Source of the DNA: Bacteriovoracia bacterium | GTDB lineage: Bacteria > Bdellovibrionota > UBA1018 > JBFWNL01 | Direction: 5' to 3' | DNA: 64,000 nucleotides | Assembly (NCBI GenBank): GCA_050251055.1 | Contig: JBFWNL010000001.1 | Span: 395,825 to 459,824 of the forward strand | In this document: positions 35,509 to 44,300 of the stretch, piece after piece | How the letters are laid out: every line of letters begins with the position of its first letter | Position numbering within the stretch: the stretch's first letter is position 1 | The notes under the pieces: generated by a model | The model's input: only the letters and a program-made list of their open reading frames with translations | Database searches by the model: none | What the model was told of the DNA's origin: nothing | Translations under genes and position numbers: made by a program

Positions 35509-38439
35509 ATGACCTCAACTCCTCCCTCGTTCTCTGGCCTGAGCATCAAGAAGCCGCAAGGCATCCGTCTCACCGGAGCTCGCCAAAATAACTTAAAGAG
35601 CATCCGCGTGGAGATCCCCACGCGCGCGCTCACGGTCGTGACCGGAGTTTCCGGATCCGGCAAGAGCTCGCTTGCTTTCGACACCCTCTATGCCGAAGGG
35701 CAGCGGCGCTACATCGAGAGCCTTTCCACCTACACCCGCCAGTTCCTCGAAAAAATGCCAAAGCCCGAGTACGACACGCTGGAGAATATCCCGCCGTCCA
35801 TCGCGCTCGAGCAGCGCAACCAAATCGTGAACTCGCGAAGCACGGTCGGTACCCAAACGGAGATCGTGGATTACCTGCGTATCCTCTTCGCCAAGATCGG
35901 CCATACCTACTGCAAGGAGTGCGGCAAGGAAGTGCGCAAAACCAGCCCCGAACAGCTTTTCGCCGCTGCCTCCGAGTGGTTCCGGGGCCGTAAGGGTGCG
36001 ATCACGGCTCCGCTTCCTCCGCCCTCGGAGAAAACCAAGGCCGTGGCAGGAGTGCTGAAGTCCTACCGCGAACAAGGCTTCCGCCGGGTGCTTTGGCAGC
36101 AAACCGCGAAGAAGCACCAGGTTCTCGACCTCGACGAGCTGGGCAATGCGGATTTTCCGAAGATCCCGCTCACGGCGTTGTCGAAGGGACAAATTTATCT
36201 TATCGTCGACCGCCTAAAGCTGGAGGGCGAAGGTACCGCCCCCGTAGACCCCGAAATGCGCACACGCATGCTTGACTCGATCGGGCAAGCCATCTTGCTC
36301 GGACGCGACCAGATCGCTTATTTCGATCTCGACAGCTTCGCCTCGAAACACTTCAAAACCCAGTTTGCCTGCGTCGGCTGCGGAACCCCCGCGCGGCTGC
36401 CCGAACCCCAAATGTTTTCGTTCAACAGCCCCTTGGGTGCGTGCGAGCGCTGCAGCGGCTTCGGTTTCACGTTGGATCTTGACGAAACGCTCATCGTACC
36501 GGATCCCTCCAAAACCCTGAAAAACGGCGCGATCGACCCGTTCGCCAAACCCTCGCTCGAGGAATGGCAGTCCGACATGTTCCGCTTCTGTGAACGCCAC
36601 GGCATATCCGTGGGCAAGCGCTACCGGGAACTCACGGCCGCCCAGCGCAAGCTCATCTGGGAGGGCGACCCCAAGGACAAGACTTTTCCGGGCATCATCG
36701 CTTGCTTCGAATACATGGCGCGCAAGAAGTACAAGCTGCATGTACGCGTCTTCATCCGTCGCTACCAGAGCCAGACCCTCTGCCCCCAATGCAAAGGCGC
36801 TCGCCTCAAACCCGAAGCCTTGCTCGTAAGGATCGGGAAAAAGCATATCGGCGAAGTGCTGGCCCTCAACATCTACGACGCTCGAGACTGGTTCCAGTCC
36901 CTCGATCTTCCGCCCTTCGAAGCAAAAATCGCCGAAGAGGTCCTGAGCCAAGTCACGAAACGCCTACAGTTCCTGGACGCCGTTGGGGTAGGCTACCTCA
37001 CGCTGAATCGCCTAGCGAAAACACTCTCAGGCGGCGAATATCAGCGCATCAACTTGGCTACCCAGCTCGGCAACGGCCTTTGCGGGACGCTTTACGTATT
37101 GGATGAGCCTTCTATCGGGCTGCACGCGGCCGACACCGACCGCTTGATCGGCGTGCTCCAAGATCTGCGCAACCAAGGCAATACCGTGGTCGTCGTCGAA
37201 CACGATCTCGAGGTGATGAAGGCGGCCGACTGGCTCATTGAGCTCGGCCCCGGCGCCGGTCGACGTGGCGGCGAGCTGATGGCCCAGGGCACTTCCCAGA
37301 GCCTTCAGACCCAACCCGGCTCGCTGACGGGAAAGTACCTGAGCGGCGACATGTCGCTGCTGCGCACACGGCCGCGGCGCTCGCTCAATCGCGCAAAGCA
37401 TCTAGTGATCACGGGCTGTGCCGAGAACAATTTGAAGAGTCTCACCGCCGAGTTCCCGCTGGAACGATTCGTGGTCGTCACCGGCGTCTCAGGCTCGGGC
37501 AAGAGCACGCTCGTGCACAAGACACTTTATCAGGCCTTGCAGCAAATCTTCAGCCCGCTCGAAGTGAGCGGCAAGAACGACCCGGGCGCCTACGATAAGC
37601 TTTACGGGGAAGACCACCTGCGCGGGGTGGTGTTGCTCGACCAAAAACCCATCGGTAAGAGTTCACGCTCCAACCCCGCCACTTATATGAAGGCGTGGGA
37701 CGAAGTGAGGCGCATCTACGCCAACCAGGTTGTGGCGCTCCGACGCGGCTACACGCCCCAGCATTTCTCCTTCAACGTCGACGGCGGCCGCTGCCCCGTC
37801 TGCAAGGGCGAGGGCGAGATCACGCTCGACATGCACTTCATGGCCGAGGTGAAGGTCCCGTGCGAAGAGTGCGATGGCAAACGCTTCAAGAAGAACGTGC
37901 TCGAAATCACTTACCGCGGCAAGAACATCCACCAGCTGCTGAACACTACAATCGACGAGTCCTACGATCTGTTCCGCGACAATCCGGTGCTCGCGCGCAA
38001 ACTAGGCACCCTCCGCGACGTGGGGCTGGGATATTTGATGCTCGGTCAGTCCGCGACCACCCTTTCGGGAGGCGAGTCCCAGCGCCTGAAAATCGCCTCG
38101 GCACTCGACGACCGGGCGGGCGAAAACCTACTCTATCTCTTCGACGAGCCAACGACGGGACTCCACCTAGAGGACATCAAGAAACTGCTAGACGTCATCC
38201 AGGATCTCGTGAGCTCGCGCAACAGTGTGATCATGATTGAGCATCAGCTCGACGTCATCGCCCAGGCCGACTGGGTGATCGACCTCGGCCCCGGGGGAGG
38301 CACCGCCGGTGGCAAGATCGTCGCGACGGGTTCACCCGACCAGCTCGTGAAGAACCCCGAGTCCATTACTGGCCAGATGCTGGCCAAGTGCGGATACGAG
38401 TTTCCGGCCGACGAGGCACGGGAGTCGCTCCTCTCCTAA
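35509..38439 (+). CDS. uvrA: Excinuclease ABC subunit A
   Basis: Two ABC ATPase domains (GVSGSGKS twice, LSGGE twice, DEP), zinc fingers, EGQRRYIESLS. Confidence 0.95.
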   Translation: MTSTPPSFSGLSIKKPQGIRLTGARQNNLKSIRVEIPTRALTVVTGVSGSGKSSLAFDTLYAEGQRRYIESLSTYTRQFLEKMPKPEYDTLENIPPSIALEQRNQIVNSRSTVGTQTEIVDYLRILFAKIGHTYCKECGKEVRKTSPEQLFAAASEWFRGRKGAITAPLPPPSEKTKAVAGVLKSYREQGFRRVLWQQTAKKHQVLDLDELGNADFPKIPLTALSKGQIYLIVDRLKLEGEGTAPVDPEMRTRMLDSIGQAILLGRDQIAYFDLDSFASKHFKTQFACVGCGTPARLPEPQMFSFNSPLGACERCSGFGFTLDLDETLIVPDPSKTLKNGAIDPFAKPSLEEWQSDMFRFCERHGISVGKRYRELTAAQRKLIWEGDPKDKTFPGIIACFEYMARKKYKLHVRVFIRRYQSQTLCPQCKGARLKPEALLVRIGKKHIGEVLALNIYDARDWFQSLDLPPFEAKIAEEVLSQVTKRLQFLDAVGVGYLTLNRLAKTLSGGEYQRINLATQLGNGLCGTLYVLDEPSIGLHAADTDRLIGVLQDLRNQGNTVVVVEHDLEVMKAADWLIELGPGAGRRGGELMAQGTSQSLQTQPGSLTGKYLSGDMSLLRTRPRRSLNRAKHLVITGCAENNLKSLTAEFPLERFVVVTGVSGSGKSTLVHKTLYQALQQIFSPLEVSGKNDPGAYDKLYGEDHLRGVVLLDQKPIGKSSRSNPATYMKAWDEVRRIYANQVVALRRGYTPQHFSFNVDGGRCPVCKGEGEITLDMHFMAEVKVPCEECDGKRFKKNVLEITYRGKNIHQLLNTTIDESYDLFRDNPVLARKLGTLRDVGLGYLMLGQSATTLSGGESQRLKIASALDDRAGENLLYLFDEPTTGLHLEDIKKLLDVIQDLVSSRNSVIMIEHQLDVIAQADWVIDLGPGGGTAGGKIVATGSPDQLVKNPESITGQMLAKCGYEFPADEARESLLS

Positions 38440-38442
38440 ATG

Positions 38443-38489
38443 AAAGAGCCCGCTCCCCTCGCATAAGCGAAGAAAGCGGGCCCTTTTTT
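38443..38489. terminator. Likely bidirectional terminator between convergent genes
   Basis: AAAG-A-GCCCGCT ... AGCGGGC-C-CTTTTTT with inner TCGC-ATAA-GCGA hairpin. Confidence 0.65.
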
Positions 38490-38510
38490 ACTTATTAAGC
38501 CAGAATTGCC

Positions 38511-39008
38511 TTAGTAACCGATCAGCTTCGGCTCTTCCATCGCCTTCAGACCGATGTAACTATAAGGCACGCCGCCGGTGCGGGCCGGATCGGTGATCCG
38601 GGCGCCGGCTTGCAGCGTGACTTGAATGCGGGAGCCGGCGAAGTTATCCCAATCGGCCGAATCACGATCGAGCGGATAAAACGGGTTGGCCAAGCGGCGC
38701 TGGTTTGCCAGCCAAGGGTGCACGTTCAGATCGACCTGGAAATACGGCTTGCCCCCGCGATAAACGACCTTGCCCTGAAGGACATAGTATTCTCCGTCCG
38801 CGAGCTCCGTCCGAAGATTCGCCGTCTTATAAGGCACCGGAATTTCCCCGCCCAACTTCTGGTCGCGGCGTGCATCCCCTCTCGGAGGCTTAGCGTCGAG
38901 ATCCCGCGGCTCCGAACCCACGGCGAAGTTGACGCTCAACGCGAGCACGAAGCCCGTCATCAGCAGCCCTACGGCTTTCCGCTTTTGCGTATTCCTGAAA
39001 TTCATCAT
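38511..39008 (-). CDS. Secreted hypothetical protein
   Basis: GGAG SD, signal peptide, overlap with the stop of the upstream regulator. Confidence 0.7.
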   Translation of the reverse strand: MMNFRNTQKRKAVGLLMTGFVLALSVNFAVGSEPRDLDAKPPRGDARRDQKLGGEIPVPYKTANLRTELADGEYYVLQGKVVYRGGKPYFQVDLNVHPWLANQRRLANPFYPLDRDSADWDNFAGSRIQVTLQAGARITDPARTGGVPYSYIGLKAMEEPKLIGY

Positions 39009-40276
39009 TTATTCTCCACCCCTTCTACTAATTCGGCGGCTTCACCTTCGTGGTCCACCCATTGCACCCTCAATCCCGGCGCCAAACGGTAGCCTTCCTT
39101 CCAGTTGAGGAGGTACTGTGGCTGACGGGCATCCGGCTCGATCAATTTACGCAGCCGGTTGATGTTGTAATACAGCTTATTGTCGTGCGCTTCTGGACGA
39201 TAACGCTCATGCCAGACTTTCTGAATGATCTGGGCTTTGGAGAGGCCTCGCGTCGGATCGTCCTGCTGCCGATTATGCGCGTCCAAGAGCGCCTTCAGGA
39301 TATCAAGTAGGACATACTGCTTGCGCAGGGAAATCTCCTGATTCTCCCGGGTTTTGATAACACCGCGACGACCATCCACCAAAAGATCGACCGCGCTCTT
39401 CTGCAGGCGCTTACGTTCGAGCGCCAGTTCGCGGCGAAGCACGCCGAACTCGGGCATGGAAGCGGCCTTTTCAATGAGATCGAGGTAGAAGTTAGCCTGG
39501 CGATAATCCTGCTGCTGGCGTGCCACCCGTGCGTATCCGTAAAGCACGTAGAGATGGTGGTACCAGTTATGCTCCTCGAGGAACACGGCATGCGCTTTTT
39601 GGTACCAATCCATCGCGGTCTTATAATCCTGGCGGCGCTCCGCGAGATTGCCGAGCACGAGATAAACCGTGCCGTTGATGCCGCGCAGGCGCATCTTTTC
39701 ATAGTTCTCTAGCAAACGCTCCGCGAGCCATTGGGCGCGGCGAACGAGCCCCCGTTGCTGGAAAGCATTGGCCAGCATGATGTACGCCCGCGCCACCGAT
39801 TGATGATACTCATCTTCCGGCAACATCTGGTCCTGGCGAACCGCGCGCAAATATCGATGGAACTCACGCTGGGATTGCTTCCACTCTTTTCGGTAGCTCG
39901 CGGCCGCTCCCCGGCAGTACCAGACCTTCGAAGGCATCCGGTCGGGGTTTTCACGCATGAACTTCTCGAGCTCCGCGCTCCAGTAGTTCACGGCGCTTTC
40001 ATCCAACGCTTCGCCGCTAAAGCGCAAGATACCCACGAGCGCCTCACCCAATCCGCGCGGGTCGTTTTCCTTCTTTGCAAAAAAATAGGCCAGCAAGAAC
40101 GCTTCCTGCGCCTGTTTCAACTCGCACTTCTCCATGCGTAGGTGCGCGATCTTCAACCAACCCGCGCTACCTTCCGGGTTGGACTCGAGGCTGCGCGCAG
40201 CCAGGGCTTCGAGAAAGTTTTCCGGGTACGGAGATTCGATGGAGGTTTCAGCCGTGGTCACTTTGAACTCGCTCAT
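39005..40276 (-). CDS. TPR-repeat transcriptional regulator with C-terminal OmpR-like winged helix
   Basis: TPR helices; LSKAQIIQKVW...KLYYNINRLRKLIEPDARQPQYLLNWKEGYRL. Confidence 0.8.
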   Translation of the reverse strand: MSEFKVTTAETSIESPYPENFLEALAARSLESNPEGSAGWLKIAHLRMEKCELKQAQEAFLLAYFFAKKENDPRGLGEALVGILRFSGEALDESAVNYWSAELEKFMRENPDRMPSKVWYCRGAAASYRKEWKQSQREFHRYLRAVRQDQMLPEDEYHQSVARAYIMLANAFQQRGLVRRAQWLAERLLENYEKMRLRGINGTVYLVLGNLAERRQDYKTAMDWYQKAHAVFLEEHNWYHHLYVLYGYARVARQQQDYRQANFYLDLIEKAASMPEFGVLRRELALERKRLQKSAVDLLVDGRRGVIKTRENQEISLRKQYVLLDILKALLDAHNRQQDDPTRGLSKAQIIQKVWHERYRPEAHDNKLYYNINRLRKLIEPDARQPQYLLNWKEGYRLAPGLRVQWVDHEGEAAELVEGVENK

Positions 40277-40341
40277 TTGCGTTTTTCACATCCGCTTTTT
40301 TTCAACTCAGCTACTGCGTTGGTTCCGATTTGTTTGGGAGG

Positions 40342-40373
40342 TGGTATAGTATTCAAAGAAGACGAAAGGTCAA
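40342..40373. promoter_or_regulatory. Overlapping divergent sigma70-like promoters
   Basis: Minus: TTGACC-N16-TACTAT. Plus: extended -10 TGGTATAGT. Confidence 0.45.
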
Positions 40374-40380
40374 GTCGACG

Positions 40381-41229
40381 ATGATCTTGCACGCACAAAA
40401 TTGGGGCCCAAAGAATGCGAATGCCGGTGATAGCAATCACGATGCCAATCACGCGAAAAAAAATCGCATCGTGCTTCTGCATGGAATGGGTGGCACCGGT
40501 GGCATCTGGCGACCGGTTGCCGCGGTGCTTGAAGATGCGTTCGAAATTTTAGCGCCCGATCAGCGTGGACACGGCAAGAGTCGGCTTGACAATTCACGCG
40601 GGGATTTTTCTCCAATGAATTACGGTAGAGACGTCGTGGATACAATGGATGCGCGTGACTTTCATCCCGCCGTGCTCGTGGGCCACTCGATGGGCGTGCG
40701 CACGGCTTGTGCCGTCGCGCACCTCCAACCCCAATGGGTAGCGGGTCTCGTGCTCATCGATCTTGGACTCTCTGGGCCAGCGGGGGGCGGCATCGGCGAT
40801 TCACTCTCGAGCTTCATCGGCGATCTCGCTCTCGAATACCCCGATCGTGCGGCGGCGCGCGCATTCCTGGACGCACGCTGTCCTGACCCATCTATTGCAC
40901 AGTATCTACTCGCTGTGTCGATTACGAATTTAAGTACAGGCAAGGTGACGTTTCCCTTTGATTCGGAGGCACTCCTAAAGACGATCGACGCCGCCAAGCA
41001 CGCCGACCTGCGTCCTTGGATTCAAGAAGCGGCGCAGCGTGGGACCCGGATCCTTATGCTCCGCGGCGAAAGGAGCCTCGTCTGGAAACGTTCGGACTTC
41101 GAAAGGGAGCGAGAAAGCTTTGCTCACTTCTCTTCGATTCAATGGATCGAAATTCCGGGTACCGGCCATGGCCTTCCGTTCGAAAAGCGCCAAGAGCTTG
41201 CCACCCTCCTCCGTACGCAGTTCAGCTAG
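40381..41229 (+). CDS. Alpha/beta hydrolase (YbfF-like esterase)
   Basis: LLHGMGG, APDQRGHG, GHSMG, GTGH; start uncertain. Confidence 0.85.
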   Translation: MILHAQNWGPKNANAGDSNHDANHAKKNRIVLLHGMGGTGGIWRPVAAVLEDAFEILAPDQRGHGKSRLDNSRGDFSPMNYGRDVVDTMDARDFHPAVLVGHSMGVRTACAVAHLQPQWVAGLVLIDLGLSGPAGGGIGDSLSSFIGDLALEYPDRAAARAFLDARCPDPSIAQYLLAVSITNLSTGKVTFPFDSEALLKTIDAAKHADLRPWIQEAAQRGTRILMLRGERSLVWKRSDFERERESFAHFSSIQWIEIPGTGHGLPFEKRQELATLLRTQFS

Positions 41230-41296
41230 TAGTTCTCCGTAGTTAGCTCAACCACGCAGAAGCAATCCAAAGAAACAACGCAACGCGCTAACATCA

Positions 41297-41356
41297 TGAT
41301 ATAATTTAAACTTCAGCCAAAGGCGGGCAGAAGTTTTGTACTCATTTTGCCGATAG
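41297..41356 (+). promoter_or_regulatory. Extended -10 TGATATAAT plus sigma28-like GAAG-N15-GCCGATAG upstream of the giant gene
   Basis: Read directly. Confidence 0.45.
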
Positions 41357-41389
41357 ATCCGATGGAGGGGGACCGCTCACATCACCACT

Positions 41390-44300
41390 ATGGGATTCTC
41401 GCGCGTATTTGAAAAATCCCTGTGCCTGTTACTTGCCACGCTCGTGAGCCTGCCTCCGAGTGCGATGGCAGGCGAACCTTCGACCCGTCCCGCCGAAGCT
41501 CCAAAAAACGGGGCCTATGACCCTACCCTGCTCGATTACCAACGACGCTTTCAAGCGCCCGAAGCAAAAGATTTCGAGCAATACCGAGACCAAGCCAGCG
41601 ACGCCGCCGGCATCTTCAACCTCATGAGTAGCGGGATGAGGCCCGCGGCCAGCGGTGGTCCCGAGATCCCTCCGGACATCTTGCATTCCTTCGAATCGTT
41701 CCGCGCCTCCGTCGCCCTCGTTGGTCGCAACGGCATGCGAAACAATGACAGCCTGCACGCGCTCGCTAACCAAACTGCCGCGAAAACCGAAAAAGAACGT
41801 CGAAAGATGAGCGATGCGCTGACGGATCCCAATGACCGCCGCATTTCCGAAAAAATCACCCAAGCCGGCAAGATCCGCGACAACGTCCAGAAGTACTTAT
41901 TGAACAACGACCCCAAGATCACGCCCGAGATGAAATGGGGCGTTTTCCGCCGATATCTCGAGGATGTGGTCAACCCCATCGACGACCTCGTGCGTTTCCT
42001 GCACATCTCCTATCCCGATGGCCGCGCTTATGTCGGCGGAAACGCCTCGCTCATAATGGCGATCCCCCGATCGATGATTAAGGGCGAGAACGAACGAGCG
42101 ACGCTCATGCTGTCCGGCTACGTGGCGAGCGAAGGCAAATACCCCGGCAGTCAGATGTGCGTAATGGAAGTCGACTCCACGGCGCGGCTCGCAACCGACC
42201 TGCGCGCCATCATGCTCGCCATCAACCAGTCTCAGAACGGCACGAAGGACATGAACGCCGACATGTACCTGCACGGGTTGCGGCTGATGTCGCTGCAGAT
42301 GCTCCTCTCGCAGCTCGAGTACTATAAAAAACTCGCGGGCACCTCGGAAGACGTGGAACTGCCGGATGGCTGCATGAAACGCTTCCAGATGGACGAAGCC
42401 ACGAAAATTCACTTCAAAGACGATCCGGTCACCACCCAAAACGCACGTATCGATGAACTACTCGAACGTATGAGCGTTATTCCGCCAACGAACCAAGCCG
42501 ACCCTGACCCGGAAAAAGAAGTCGCCCGCCAGCGCCGCTACGCCTACTACATGCAGACCGTGTCCCCGAGCGTGGTCGAAAGCGGCTTCCGTGGCGTGCT
42601 CCCGTTCGCGCAGCGGCGCCGGGCCGAGCGTGCGGCCAACTACTATGGAAAAGTCGCCGAAGGACCAGCGTTCGATGATTTCACTCAGTTTGACGATGTA
42701 ATGCCGCGGTTAGACCCCGTTATGGAAAAAGCTGTGCACAGCGAGCTGAGCCCCTACTTTGGTCGCCAGGACCTGCGTGACGCCGCGACCGAAGATAGAG
42801 TCATGGCCGATCTGCGGGAAATCACTGCCGTCCGGCATGATTTGCATACCTCTGACTACTTCGAAAAGAGCCGGCGGACGATTTTTGCCCGGGAACTCTA
42901 CGCGGTCGAACGAGCGGTGAACCTACCTTCAACCAGCGGGAAGCCGGAGTATCGCAATCCACTCCAACAAACGAATCCCAGCGAGATCCTCAATGGCTAT
43001 GGAAGAAGGGACCCTATCGCGGAGGCCGATCGGCTCAAGGCGATGGGTGCACAACGGGCGCAGGCTTATTTCGCGAATATCCAAAGCGATGCTCGTACTT
43101 ACGGTGCACCCGACCCCCTCAAGGGTTTTCGCCGCGGTCCCGAGCACGACGCACTGATCCTGGAGACGAACGACCCTATCCCTCCCTGGTTCGAAGGTAC
43201 CGTCTATCGCCTACCTCCGCGAAAAGACATCGACCCTTCGCAGGACCAGATCCCGGTCCAAGTCTTCACCGTCAAAACGATGAAGGGTGAAATTCCCATC
43301 GCGCCAGGCCAGGGCATCCGCGTCGATCAAAACGGAATGCCGGAAGGGATGTTTAGCGTCAGCACCCCCCAAACGGGCAACGGCGTACCGAGCTCACTGA
43401 ACTATGACCTCATCCGATTGATCGATGGCATGCCAATCTATGATCGCCATCGAGTAGCGACCGTGCTCCGCGCGGAATTAAAAGCCGGAACGAACCAAGC
43501 CGACAAGCTGGCAGACCGAATCTCCGGACTAGGCTGGAACGATCCTCAACTCGTGCCACCCGCCGTAAGCGAACGTCTGCGGAGGCAGACGATCGACTAC
43601 TCGATCATGCCGCATCTCGACTCTAGCGACGACTGGGTCAAAAGCGCGCTGGGCGATCTTTCGGAGTACCTGCAAGATCGGACGTCCTATCGCAAGCTTC
43701 TAGAAAAGATGGAGTCCACGTCGGCGGGGCGGCGCCTGCTCGAAAAATACGGCCAAGGCAATGCCACCTTGGGGCTGGCTGTCATTCGGGGGAAACTCCG
43801 AACTTACGCCCGCCCGGGCCCGGCGAGCACTGACTATAGCCCGCTTCGTCCCGTCCCGCGCGAGAGCGCCGAATTCCGCGCCCTGTATAATGACCTGCGG
43901 GAAATCTGGAAATCCGCCGATCTTCCGAGCAAGCGCGCCAACGCATGGGATTACCTATCCGGCCAGATCAGCGGACAAGTCGCCAACCCCTGGGCAATGA
44001 TCGCGCTCGGAGTGGAAGTAGAGCGGGAGCGTAAAAACCAGAGTCCCCATGCCCGCAGCGAGATCAACGGATTTGAAGCGGGCGTCACCACCTTGGGGCT
44101 GGGCAAAGGCAAGGCCTTCAGCCCGATGCACGGAAACCGCGTGGCGCTGCCGGAAGCTCAATTTCGCGATGCTTGGCGGGAAGCGGTGCGGGAGGAAGAC
44201 GCGCGTTTTGGCTACCTGCTGAACGCACCCGTCAACTGGCATACGATGGGACAAGCGAACGCTTGGCGCGGATATGAGAACGCCCGGGCTACCTACGCCG

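Noticed and set aside
40273-40482. 69-aa minus-strand ORF upstream of the TPR regulator
   Set aside because: Overlaps the esterase 5' end and the divergent promoters; no support, although it cannot be fully excluded
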